From positions 295,339 through 359,338 of the forward strand of contig CAWHTZ010000014.1 of assembly GCA_963832415.1 (NCBI GenBank): 64,000 nucleotides of DNA, given 5' to 3'. The position numbers were made by a program, and so were the translations under genes. The DNA is from an uncultured Actinomycetota bacterium (lineage in GTDB: Bacteria > Actinomycetota > Actinomycetes > Propionibacteriales > Nocardioidaceae). Every line of letters begins with the position of its first letter. The first letter of the stretch is position 1. The notes under the pieces were generated by a model. That model saw only the letters and a list, made by a program, of their open reading frames with translations. It searched no databases and was not told where the DNA came from. This document shows positions 54,370 to 64,000 of the stretch, piece after piece.

Positions 54370-56042
54370 GTGCGGACCCCGGGGGGCGAGGAGCGGCCGG
54401 GGGGCAGCGCGGGCGGGGCCTCCCCGCCCGGCGGGGGCGGGCCCGGGGCCCGGCGTCCCGCGTCCGCGTCGTGGGGCACCAGGGGCAGGGGCGACGAGCG
54501 CAGCGGTTGTCCCGCGCGGCGCGGCAGCGTGAGCCGGAACTGGGCACCCTCGCCCGGGCGCCCCCAGGCCTGCAGCCAGCCGCCGTGCAGGTGGGTGTCC
54601 TCCAGCGAGATCGACAGGCCCAGTCCGGTGCCGCCGCTGGCGCGGTCGCGCGCCGGGTCGGCGCGCCAGAAGCGGTTGAACACGAGCGCCGACTCCCCGG
54701 CGGCCAGGCCCACCCCGTAGTCCCGCACGGCGATCGCGGAGGCCTGCCCGTCCGTCGCGACGCGGATGACGATCTCCCGGCGCTCCGCGTGGTCGATGGC
54801 GTTGGTGACGAGGTTGCGCACGATCCGCTCCACGCGGCGCACGTCGGCCTCGGCGAGGCAGGGGCGGGCGGGGGCGCGCACCACGACCGAGGTGCCCCGC
54901 TGCTGCGCCAGCGGACGGGTGGCGTGCGCCACCCGGTGCGCCACGTCGACGAGGTTGACGTCGTCGAGCTCCAGCACCGCGGCGCCCGCGTCGAAGCGGC
55001 TGATCTCGAGCAGGTCGGCCAGGAGCGTCTCGAAGCGGTCGAGCTCGGTCTGCAGCAGCTCGGCGGCGCGGCTGGTCGCGGGATCGAAGCCCGCGCGCGC
55101 GTCGTGCAGGACGTCGCCGGCCATCCGGACGGTCGTCAACGGGGTGCGCAGCTCGTGGGAGACGTCGGAGACGAAGCGGCGCTGCACCCGGCTCAGCTCC
55201 TCCAGCTGGCGGATCTGGCGCTGCAGGTTGGACGCCATCTGGTTGAACGACGAGGCCAGGCGGGCGAGGTCGTCCTCGCCGGTCACCCGCAGGCGCTCCT
55301 GCAGCTGCCCCGCCGCCAGGCGTTCGGCGACGCGGCGGGCCATCCGGATCGGGGTGACCACCTGCCGCGCGACGAGCCAGGTGACCCCCGCGACCAGCAC
55401 CAGCAGCAGCCCCCCGGCGGTGAGCAGCGCCCGCGTCACCAGCGCGAGCGTCTCCTGCTCCTCGTCCAGCGGGAAGAGGTAGTACAGGGTGTAGGTCTGC
55501 CCGTCGGCCGGCAGCCGCACCTGCGAGCCGACCACCACGCCGGGGCCGGTGCGCAGCTCGGCCGCCGGGTCGCTCGCGACGATCCGCGAGTAGGTCCAGG
55601 CCACGTCACCGGAGGAGCGGAAGTGCTCCTGGAGCTCCTCGGGGACGCTGGTGGGGTCGAGTCCGTCGGTGAAGAGCGCCCCACCGGCCGGGAGGCGCGT
55701 GCCGTCCTCCCCCGAGCCCGCGAGGACGACGCCGAAGCCGCGGCTGGCGCCGCGCAGGATGATCGGCTCGACCAGCTGGGTGCGCTGCGCCACGGCATCG
55801 ACCTCGGTGCCCGGTGCCGCCACGAGCCGCTGCTCGGCCTCCGCGGTCTCGTTCTCCGCCTCGGCGACCACGGCGTCCACGCGGTTGCCCAGCAGCCCCT
55901 CGCGGGTCTGCTGCAGCAGGAGCCAGCCCACCGCGCCCACCACCGCGGCCGAGAGCAGCAGCGTGCTGGCGACGACCCGCATCTGGATGGACCGCCGCCA
56001 GAAGGTCAGCGCCCGGCGCAGGGGCGCGGAGCCGTCCGCCAC
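54366..56042 (-). CDS. mtrB: Sensor histidine kinase MtrB
   Basis: Two TM segments, HAMP, H-box (FVSDVSHELRTPLT), and N/G boxes (NLVTNAIDH, GGTGLGLSI). Confidence 0.9.
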   Translation of the reverse strand: MADGSAPLRRALTFWRRSIQMRVVASTLLLSAAVVGAVGWLLLQQTREGLLGNRVDAVVAEAENETAEAEQRLVAAPGTEVDAVAQRTQLVEPIILRGASRGFGVVLAGSGEDGTRLPAGGALFTDGLDPTSVPEELQEHFRSSGDVAWTYSRIVASDPAAELRTGPGVVVGSQVRLPADGQTYTLYYLFPLDEEQETLALVTRALLTAGGLLLVLVAGVTWLVARQVVTPIRMARRVAERLAAGQLQERLRVTGEDDLARLASSFNQMASNLQRQIRQLEELSRVQRRFVSDVSHELRTPLTTVRMAGDVLHDARAGFDPATSRAAELLQTELDRFETLLADLLEISRFDAGAAVLELDDVNLVDVAHRVAHATRPLAQQRGTSVVVRAPARPCLAEADVRRVERIVRNLVTNAIDHAERREIVIRVATDGQASAIAVRDYGVGLAAGESALVFNRFWRADPARDRASGGTGLGLSISLEDTHLHGGWLQAWGRPGEGAQFRLTLPRRAGQPLRSSPLPLVPHDADAGRRAPGPPPPGGEAPPALPPGRSSPPGVRT

Positions 56043-56075
56043 GGCTCCAGCCTAGGCGTCGGTGTCGCTGTGGCC

Positions 56076-56768
56076 TCAGGCGTTGCCGGCCTTGTAGCCC
56101 ACGCCGCGCACGGTGACGACGATCTCGGGGTTCTCGGGATCGTGCTCGACCTTGGAGCGCAGCCGCTGCACGTGCACGTTGACCAGCCGCGTGTCCGCCG
56201 CGTGGCGGTATCCCCAGACCTGCTCGAGCAGGACCTCGCGCGTGAACACCTGCCATGGCTTGCGCGCCAGGCAGACGAGCAGGTCGAACTCCAGCGGCGT
56301 GAGGCCGATGGCGCGGCCGTCGCGGGTGACGTGGTGTCCGGCGACGTCGATCGAGAGGTCGCCGACGTGGAGGACCTCGGGGGCGCGGACCTCGTGCCGG
56401 CGGACCCTCGCCCGGATCCGCGCGACGAGCTCCTTCGGCTTGAACGGCTTGACGATGTAGTCGTCGGCGCCGGACTCGAGGCCGACCACCACGTCGACGG
56501 TGTCGCCCTTGGCGGTCAGCATCACGATCGGGACGCCGGACTCGGCGCGGATCTCCTTGCAGACGTCGATGCCGTCCCGGCCGGGCAGCATCAGGTCGAG
56601 CAGGACGAGGTCGGGGCGGTGGTCGCGGAACTCGTCCATGGCGAGGTCGCCGTGCGCGCACACCCGTGGTTCGAAGCCCTCCTGCCGCAGCACGATCGCC
56701 AGCATCTCGGCCAGCGACGCGTCGTCGTCGATGACGAGGACGCGTCCCCGCTGGATCAGGTCGTTCAT
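56076..56768 (-). CDS. mtrA: OmpR-family response regulator MtrA
   Basis: Receiver (VLVIDDD...LLDLMLPG) plus winged-helix output (LTPLEFDLLVCLARKPWQVFTREVLLEQVWG). ATG 56768. Confidence 0.9.
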   Translation of the reverse strand: MNDLIQRGRVLVIDDDASLAEMLAIVLRQEGFEPRVCAHGDLAMDEFRDHRPDLVLLDLMLPGRDGIDVCKEIRAESGVPIVMLTAKGDTVDVVVGLESGADDYIVKPFKPKELVARIRARVRRHEVRAPEVLHVGDLSIDVAGHHVTRDGRAIGLTPLEFDLLVCLARKPWQVFTREVLLEQVWGYRHAADTRLVNVHVQRLRSKVEHDPENPEIVVTVRGVGYKAGNA

Positions 56769-56907
56769 GCTCGGTCTCGTCTCGCGCAGGTGAACCGGCC
56801 CGGGACGAACCGGCACGGGGCCGGGCGCGCGCCGTGGCGCGGTCCCGACCCCGTGTCCAGTGTCGCAGGCACCTGGGAGTCCCTGTGGGATCTCAGGTGC
56901 GTCGCGC

Positions 56908-58338
<1,431 letters not shown>

Positions 58339-58458
58339 GCGGGAAAGCTCCTGTGGTGTAGGTCTCGGGTAGGACTGGTCGACCACGGTAGTGCGACCCC
58401 GGCCCGACTCCCGAATCCTCGGCGCCCCTCCCGCCGCGGCCCCCGCCCCGGAGCGGAG

Positions 58459-59403
58459 TCAGGCGTCCGTCGCGACCCGGACGATATCCGGCTCGAGATA
58501 GATCACGCGCGCCGTGGGCTCGGCCCGGCGGACGGCGGCCTCCGCGGCGTCGATGGCCGACGCGACCTGCACGGACGTGGCATCCGGCGACACCCCGATC
58601 TTGGCCGCGACGAGCAGCTCGTCCGGCCCGAGGTGCAGCGTCCGGGCATGGATCACGCGCTCGACCCCGTCGGCGGACTCCAGCGCGGCCCGGATCCGCC
58701 GCCTCGCCTTCGGGTGCGCCGCCTCGCCGACCAGCAGGCTCTTGGTCTCCACGGCCAGGATGAACGCGACGGTCACCAGCAGCAGGCCGATCAGGGTGGT
58801 GCCGGCGACGTCGAGGTACTCGTTGCCGGTCAGCAGCGTCAGCGAGACCGCCACGAAGGCGAACCCCAGGCCGAGGAGCGCGGCGAAGTCCTCCAGCAGG
58901 ATCACGGGCAGCTCGGGCTGCTTGGCCCGGCGGATGAAGCGCCAGTAGCTGGCCTCGCCGCGCACCTTGTCGGTCTCCCGGACCGCGGTGCGGAACGAGA
59001 GGCCCTCCAGCACGATCGCCACGCCGAGCACGAGGAGCGGCACCCAGCGCCGCCAGTCGTCCGGGATCGTCGACTCGCCCTCGGCGAGCTGGTGGTACTT
59101 GTGGTAGGCCTCGTAGAGCGCGAACAGTCCGCCGACGCTGAAGAGCACGATCGAGACGATGAAGGCGTAGACGTAGCGCTCGCGCCCGTAGCCGAAGGGG
59201 TGCTCCTCGGTGGCCTCCCGGTCCGCCCGGTTCTTGCCGAGCAGCAGCAACCCCTGGTTGCCGGAGTCGGCGACCGAGTGGATGGCCTCGGCCAGCATCG
59301 AGGAGATGCCGGTGAGCAGGAAGGCCGCGAACTTCGTGACGGCGATGCCGAGGTTCGCCGCCAGCGCCGCGACGATGGCCTTGGTCCCGCCCTCACCCGC
59401 CAT
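58459..59403 (-). CDS. Cation diffusion facilitator family transporter
   Basis: Six hydrophobic segments. HSVADSGNQ motif in TM2. C-terminal cytoplasmic domain. Confidence 0.85.
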   Translation of the reverse strand: MAGEGGTKAIVAALAANLGIAVTKFAAFLLTGISSMLAEAIHSVADSGNQGLLLLGKNRADREATEEHPFGYGRERYVYAFIVSIVLFSVGGLFALYEAYHKYHQLAEGESTIPDDWRRWVPLLVLGVAIVLEGLSFRTAVRETDKVRGEASYWRFIRRAKQPELPVILLEDFAALLGLGFAFVAVSLTLLTGNEYLDVAGTTLIGLLLVTVAFILAVETKSLLVGEAAHPKARRRIRAALESADGVERVIHARTLHLGPDELLVAAKIGVSPDATSVQVASAIDAAEAAVRRAEPTARVIYLEPDIVRVATDA

Positions 59404-59430
59404 GGCCGAGAGGCTAGCGGGTCGTGCCCC

Positions 59431-60474
59431 TCAGTCGACGACCGTGCCGAGCGCCAGGAACTGGGCCACGTAGGAGCCGGTCAGGACGAGGGAGGCATAC
59501 CGGGCCAGCTCGTGCCGCGCCTGCGTGTCGAGGGTCTCCACGCGGACGCCGCGCGAGTGCGCCGCCTCCTCGAGCCGGCCGCGGTCCCCGTCCCCGGCGG
59601 GATCCGACGTGCCGTCGTCCAGCACCACCAGCGACGGCCGGTCCCCCGGCGTGCCGGCGTCCGCATAGGGGTCGGCGAAGACGTCACGCGGACGGGCCGC
59701 CTCGAGCACGGGCAGCAGCCGCTCGGCGTCGCCGGCCAGCGCGTTGCGACCCGTGGCGCGGCGCAGCGCCTCGGAGACCCGGCGCGCGGCGCGCGCCGCC
59801 AGCACCGACCCTCCCCACACCAGCGGGGTGCTGTCGGCGAGGGAGATGGCCAGCGCCTTGGCCGGGTTCACCGCCAGGTCGCGGTGGGGGGAGCACTCCA
59901 CCGCCACCTGGTCGAGCGAGTCCGCGACCTCGTCGGCGTCGGTGTGCGGACCCAGGGCGAGTCCCTCGAGGTGCCCGAGCATCACCACTGCGGTCGCCAG
60001 CTGGTCTCTGGTGGTCGTCGGGAGCACGGTGCTCCAGCGACCCCGCGCGTGCTCCGCCACGAGCGAGGGGTCGGGGCAGGCGACCACCACGCGGCACCCG
60101 CGGCGCACCGCCTCGGCGACCGCGGACGCGGACCCCACGTCGGCGCCCTCGGGGGCCAGCATCACCACCAGGTCGAGCCCACCGGCCCAGCCGGGCAGGC
60201 CCGGACCGGGCCAGGCGACGAACGGGACCGGGCACGACGGCTCCAGCACCGCGCGCAGCAACCGGCTGTCCGGTCCGGCGGCGATCACCGCCCGGGGCCG
60301 GGCCTCGTCGTCGCGGGGGTCGTCGCGGGGGTCGGTGCCCGAGCCGGCGGCCCGCGCGTCGGCCACCTCGCGGCGCACGCGCGACCCGGACTCGGCCAGC
60401 CGGCGAAGGGCCGCGTCGACCGTGCTCAGCGCGCGTTCGTCGTCCAGCCGCGCCTCGTCGAACCAGGTCGTCAT
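59431..60474 (-). CDS. SIS / PGI-PMI-like domain protein (Rv3256c-like)
   Basis: 347 aa from ATG 60474. Position between the CDF transporter gene (58459-59403) and the Trm112/phosphomannomutase genes. Weak recollection of the bifunctional PGI/PMI C-terminal domain. Function uncertain. Confidence 0.5.
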   Translation of the reverse strand: MTTWFDEARLDDERALSTVDAALRRLAESGSRVRREVADARAAGSGTDPRDDPRDDEARPRAVIAAGPDSRLLRAVLEPSCPVPFVAWPGPGLPGWAGGLDLVVMLAPEGADVGSASAVAEAVRRGCRVVVACPDPSLVAEHARGRWSTVLPTTTRDQLATAVVMLGHLEGLALGPHTDADEVADSLDQVAVECSPHRDLAVNPAKALAISLADSTPLVWGGSVLAARAARRVSEALRRATGRNALAGDAERLLPVLEAARPRDVFADPYADAGTPGDRPSLVVLDDGTSDPAGDGDRGRLEEAAHSRGVRVETLDTQARHELARYASLVLTGSYVAQFLALGTVVD

Positions 60475-60488
60475 CGCGGGCCCCTCGC

Positions 60489-60680
60489 TCAGGCCGGGGA
60501 CCGGGCCTCGTCGACCAGCAGCACCGGGATGCGGTCGCGCACCGGATAGGCCAGGCCGCAGCCGGAGCACACCAGCTCGGAGGCGGCCTCGTCCGGGACG
60601 AGGCCCCCGTGACAGGACGGACAGGCGACCATCGCCAGCAGGTCGGGGTCGAGGCCCAGCGGGCCGGTCTCGCTCTCCAT
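60489..60680 (-). CDS. Trm112-family small zinc-ribbon protein
   Basis: 63 aa, CPSCHG...CSGCG, and YPVRDRIPVLLVDEA typical of Trm112/UPF0434. Confidence 0.8.
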   Translation of the reverse strand: MESETGPLGLDPDLLAMVACPSCHGGLVPDEAASELVCSGCGLAYPVRDRIPVLLVDEARSPA

Positions 60681-60708
60681 GTGGGTCCTCTCTCGCCGGG
60701 TTCGGGGC

Positions 60709-62085
60709 TCAGCCGCGGATCAGGGCCAGGGCCTCGTCGCGCACCCGCTCCATGGTGGCGACGTCCCGGCCCTCGGCGTTCAGCCGCAGCAGCGGCTCGG
60801 TGTTCGATGCGCGCACGTTGAACCACCACTCGTCGTGGGCGACCGTCAGGCCGTCGAGCTCGTCGAGCGTGACGCCGTCGTGGCCGTCGTAGGTCGACCG
60901 GATGCGGTCCAGCACGCCGCGCTGGTCCTCGACCGTGCTGTTGATCTCGCCGCTCAGCGAGTACCGCTCGTAGCGGCGCAGCAGGCCCGAGAGCGGCTCG
61001 TCGGTGCCGGCCAGCGCGGCCAGCACGTGCAGCGCCGCCAGCATCCCGGAGTCGGCCCGCCAGAAGTCCCGGAAGTAGAAGTGCCCGCTGTGCTCGCCAC
61101 CGAAGACGGCGTCGGTCTCCGCCATCGTGGCCTTGATGTAGCTGTGCCCCACCCGCGTGCGCACCGGCCGACCGCCGCGCTCGGCGACCAGCTCCGGCAC
61201 GGCGCGGCTGGTGATCAGGTTGTGGATCACCGCGGCCCCGGGGTTGCGGTCGAGCTCGCGGTCGGCGATGAGCGCGGTCAGGATCGACGGCGAGACCGCT
61301 CGACCCTGCTCGTCGACGAGGAAGCACCGGTCGGCGTCGCCGTCGAAGGCCAGTCCCGCGTCGGCGCCCTCGGCGAGGACCCGCTGCTGGAGGTCGACCA
61401 GGTTCTCGGCCTCGATGGGGTTGGCCTCGTGGTGGGGGAAGCTCCCGTCGAGCTCGAAGTACATCGGCACCAGCTCGACCGCGTCCTCCAGCCGCTCGAA
61501 GACGGCCGGCGCCGTCAGGCCCGCCATCCCGTTCCCGGCGTCGGCGACCACCTTCAGGTGGCGGCCCCGGACGGGCGCCAGCGAGATGAGGTGGGCCGCG
61601 TACGCCGCGAGCACGTCGTGGTGGCTGATGGTGCCGGGCTGCGCGGCGGCGGGGAGGTCGCCGGCGGCGACCAGGTCGCGGATCTCGGCCAGCCCCGTGT
61701 CGGTCCCGACCGGTTGGGCGCGCTCCCGGCAGAGCTTGATCCCGTTGTACTGCGACGGGTTGTGCGAGGCGGTGAACATCGCCCCGGCGTGGCCGAGGTG
61801 GCCCGAGGCGAAGTAGAGCTGGTCGGTCGAGGCGAGCCCGATCAGGACGACGTCCGCCCCCGCCCCGGCGGCCCCGTCGGCGAAGGCGCCCGCCATGCCC
61901 GGCGAGCTCGGTCGCATGTCGTGCCCCACGACCACGGTCGGCGCTCCGGTGACCGCCACGAACGCCGCACCGACCCGGCGTGCCAGCTCCTCGTCGAGCT
62001 GCTCGGGGACCGTGCCCCGCACGTCGTAGGCCTTGAAGATTGCGGCGAGATTGGCGGGGTCGAGCGTGCCGGTCCTCTGCTCCAT
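60709..62085 (-). CDS. Phosphomannomutase/phosphoglucomutase
   Basis: Active-site TASHNPSQYNGIK, metal loop FDGDADR. ATG 62085. The upstream part of the 604-aa track ORF overlaps the DUF3499 gene and is an artefact. Confidence 0.9.
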   Translation of the reverse strand: MEQRTGTLDPANLAAIFKAYDVRGTVPEQLDEELARRVGAAFVAVTGAPTVVVGHDMRPSSPGMAGAFADGAAGAGADVVLIGLASTDQLYFASGHLGHAGAMFTASHNPSQYNGIKLCRERAQPVGTDTGLAEIRDLVAAGDLPAAAQPGTISHHDVLAAYAAHLISLAPVRGRHLKVVADAGNGMAGLTAPAVFERLEDAVELVPMYFELDGSFPHHEANPIEAENLVDLQQRVLAEGADAGLAFDGDADRCFLVDEQGRAVSPSILTALIADRELDRNPGAAVIHNLITSRAVPELVAERGGRPVRTRVGHSYIKATMAETDAVFGGEHSGHFYFRDFWRADSGMLAALHVLAALAGTDEPLSGLLRRYERYSLSGEINSTVEDQRGVLDRIRSTYDGHDGVTLDELDGLTVAHDEWWFNVRASNTEPLLRLNAEGRDVATMERVRDEALALIRG

Positions 62086-62126
62086 GGGCGGGACTCTAGC
62101 CCGCGCGCCCGGCCCCCGCCGACCGG

Positions 62127-62555
62127 TCAGTCCGAGGTGAGCACCCGGAGGTGACCGCGCCGGCCGCTCTCCCGACCCGGCGGCGCGGGCGGCTGCTCGG
62201 ACGGGTGCCGGGGTGCCTGCGGGGCCCCGGGTCCCGGCTCGTGCACCGCGCCCCTCGGTCCCGTCGCGGCCTCCGGCGGCGCCGGCCTCGCGGCCTCGCG
62301 CACCGCGTCCGCGAGGGCGAGCAGGTCGTCCTCGGAGGGACCCGTCGCCTCCGGGTCCGCGGCCAGCCTGAGCACCTCCCAACCGCGCGGGGCCGAGAGA
62401 CCCTCGGCGTGGTGGTCGCAGAGGTCGTAGGCGTGCGGCTCCGCGTAGGTGGCGAGCGGGCCCAGCACAGCGGTCTTGTCCGCGTAGACGTAGGTCAGCG
62501 TGGACGTCGCCGGGCGCCCGCACGCGGTGCGCGAGCAGCGACGGGCGGAATTCAC
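62127..62555 (-). CDS. DUF3499 domain protein
   Basis: N-terminal RRCSRTACGRPATSTLTYVYADKTAVLGPL...DLCDHH matches my memory of DUF3499 (Rv3258c-like). Confidence 0.75.
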   Translation of the reverse strand: MNSARRCSRTACGRPATSTLTYVYADKTAVLGPLATYAEPHAYDLCDHHAEGLSAPRGWEVLRLAADPEATGPSEDDLLALADAVREAARPAPPEAATGPRGAVHEPGPGAPQAPRHPSEQPPAPPGRESGRRGHLRVLTSD

Positions 62556-62604
62556 ACGCGCGACGCTACCGGGCTGCGGGCGCCTCGCCGACTAGGCTCG
62601 CGGC

Positions 62605-63024
62605 GTGCCCGCCTCGCCCTCCCACAGCCGCGACCGCCGGGGCCGCGGCATGCGCGGGCCCGGCGTGCTGGAGCCTTCCGGGCGCCGCGGGAGCACCCGC
62701 CGCGACCGGTTCGACGCCCTCGCCCTCGACGTCGTCGCCGAGGTGGACCAGCGCTGGCAGGACTACCTCGGCCTGGTCGAGTACGCGGTCGAGGACACGC
62801 CGGTCATTCCCGACGACTGGCACGGGGGGAGCGTCCCGCTCTCCTCCCTGGTGCGCGGCTCCGGCACCCGGCCGAGCCGCCTGGTCCTCTTCAGACGACC
62901 CATCGAGCACCGGTGCTCCGGCCGCGAGGAGCTCGAGGCCTTCGTGCTCTCCCTGGTCGTGGAGCAGGTCGCCCAGCTCCTGGACCTCGACCCGGAGGAC
63001 GTCGACCCGCGCTACGGCCGGTGA
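62605..63024 (+). CDS. Metallopeptidase-family (DUF1025/zinicin-like) protein
   Basis: 139 aa. Conserved FDALALDVVAEVDQRW...VLFRRPIE... pattern of the Rv3259-like family. GTG 62605. Confidence 0.7.
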   Translation: MPASPSHSRDRRGRGMRGPGVLEPSGRRGSTRRDRFDALALDVVAEVDQRWQDYLGLVEYAVEDTPVIPDDWHGGSVPLSSLVRGSGTRPSRLVLFRRPIEHRCSGREELEAFVLSLVVEQVAQLLDLDPEDVDPRYGR

Positions 63025-63054
63025 CGCGCCCGCCCCGCAGGACGGGCGCCCCCC

Positions 63055-63309
63055 TCACACCGCGCGCTTCTTCAGCTTGCGGCGCTCGCGCTCCGACAGA
63101 CCGCCCCAGATCCCGAAACGCTCGTCGTTCATGAGCGCGTAGTCGAGGCAGTCGTCGCGCACCTCACAGGTGAGGCACACCTTCTTCGCCTCGCGGGTGG
63201 AGCCACCCTTCTCCGGAAAGAAGGCCTCGGGGTCGGTCTGGGCACAGAGCGCTCGCTCCTGCCACCCGATCTCCTCGGCCTCTCCGTCGACGAGAAACAA
63301 TTCACTCAC
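63055..63309 (-). CDS. whiB2: WhiB-family transcription factor (WhiB2/WhmD-like)
   Basis: 84 aa. C-x22-C-x2-C-x5-C (ALCAQTDPE...VCLTCEVRDDC), GIWGG turn, basic tail. Lies next to cofD, as in mycobacteria. Confidence 0.85.
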   Translation of the reverse strand: MSELFLVDGEAEEIGWQERALCAQTDPEAFFPEKGGSTREAKKVCLTCEVRDDCLDYALMNDERFGIWGGLSERERRKLKKRAV

Positions 63310-63608
63310 GGCATCGCCCTTTCGACCCGGCTCCCGCGGGAGCCCGCGTAACCCCTGACCGATGTCCTCCCCGAGCGGGAGACGACCGCACGCGCTAGCG
63401 ATCCGGTCGCCTTCCGTCCATGAAGGACACTGTGGGAATTACATGCCTGTCGTACACCGAAAGTCAAGCCGCGATCTGCTATGGGTCCGACCGGTCAGCC
63501 GCACCGGGACGAACGTCCCGGTGCGCCGGTCCGGACCTGCCCCGCCCCAGCGCCCGCGGTTCCCGGGTTCCCGTCCGGCGACTCCCCCAGGTGCGAGAAG
63601 GTATCCGC

Positions 63609-64000
63609 ATGCGGATCACCGTGCTCTCCGGGGGTGTGGGGGGCGCGCGGTTCGTCCGCGGCCTCCTGCACGACCTGCGCAGCCGCGCCGACCCCGCGGG
63701 TGCGGGGGGCGGCGCGACCGCCGAGGTCACCGTGGTCGCCAACACGGCCGACGACTGGTGGGTGCACGGCCTGAAGGTCTGCCCGGACCTGGACACCGTG
63801 ATGTACACGCTCGGCGACGGCATCGATCCCGGACGCGGCTGGGGCCGCCGGGAGGAGACCTGGCACGCCAGCGAGGAGCTGGCGGCCTACGGCCTCGAGC
63901 CGACCTGGTTCGGCCTCGGCGACCGCGACCTGGCCACCCACCTCGTCCGCACGCAGATGCTCGAGGCGGGCTACCCGCTCTCGTCGGTCACCGAGGCGCT
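63609..64000 (+). CDS. cofD: 2-phospho-L-lactate transferase CofD/FbiA (5' part, runs off window)
   Basis: My translation from ATG 63609: MRITVLSGGVGGARFVRGLL...VVANTADDWWVHGLKVCPDLDTVMYTLG. Not in the ORF track because no stop is reached. Confidence 0.8.
   Translation, partial: MRITVLSGGVGGARFVRGLLHDLRSRADPAGAGGGATAEVTVVANTADDWWVHGLKVCPDLDTVMYTLGDGIDPGRGWGRREETWHASEELAAYGLEPTWFGLGDRDLATHLVRTQMLEAGYPLSSVTEA

Noticed and set aside
58339-58458. A SAH riboswitch upstream of ahcY (the stretch GCCGAGGA... caught my eye).
   Set aside because: The continuation does not match the conserved AGGAGCGCUGC...GGCUCAGGA...AACGGCGCUCA core as I remember it. The gap also has to accommodate the terminator of the upstream CDF gene and a promoter.
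60709-62523. The 604-aa ORF, considered as an extended phosphomannomutase.
   Set aside because: Its upstream ~145 codons overlap the DUF3499 gene in another frame and are Arg/Gly/Pro junk. ATG 62085 (MEQRTGTLD) gives a normal ~458-aa enzyme.

Overview
This is a 64-kb, very GC-rich (roughly 70% or more by eye), densely coding chromosomal segment that reads as core Actinomycetota genome. A Nocardioides/Propionibacteriales-like source is only a guess. I support about 65 protein genes. I saw no rRNA, tRNA, CRISPR array, transposase or integrase. From memory, the gene order parallels the mycobacterial Rv3193c-Rv3261 neighbourhood: whiB7, uvrD2, mycoredoxin, nudC, adnAB, moeZ, TetR/DUF3107/DEAD-box helicase, ParA-like, secA, hpf, comF-like, lpqB-mtrB-mtrA, ahcY, phosphomannomutase region, whiB2 and cofD/fbiA. 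A second block resembles Rv1224-Rv1232c: tatB, mrp, DUF1003 and MgtE-N/CBS. Many long ORFs in the track are wrong-frame or antisense artefacts of high GC. I kept only frames with recognisable motifs, GC3-rich codons and sensible starts. Six observations stand out. (1) Six same-strand DnaA-box-like 9-mers sit in one intergenic gap (3671-3822). (2) The whiB7 leader is complete, with an AT-rich promoter, a strongly SD-led 64-codon uORF and an intrinsic attenuator hairpin. (3) RecA-independent (PafBC-type) promoter motifs lie upstream of uvrD2 and adnA. (4) A perfect CRP-type palindrome lies upstream of the second of two tandem, charge-diverged secreted serine protease paralogs. (5) An accessory-looking envelope-modification block (29.9-37.1 kb) holds two sulfotransferase-like paralogs, a LicD-methyltransferase fusion, a small coupled coiled-coil protein and a lower-GC secreted PLD-family protein, interleaved with fadE/maoC. 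This is my best candidate for an uncharacterised system, but the case rests on motif-level inference only. (6) Several small uncharacterised modules are also present: a degenerate E1/ThiF-like protein with Cys4 mini-proteins, a translationally coupled hypothetical pair, and a split MgtE-N/CBS + DUF1003 pair. All family names come from my memory of motifs. No database search was run.
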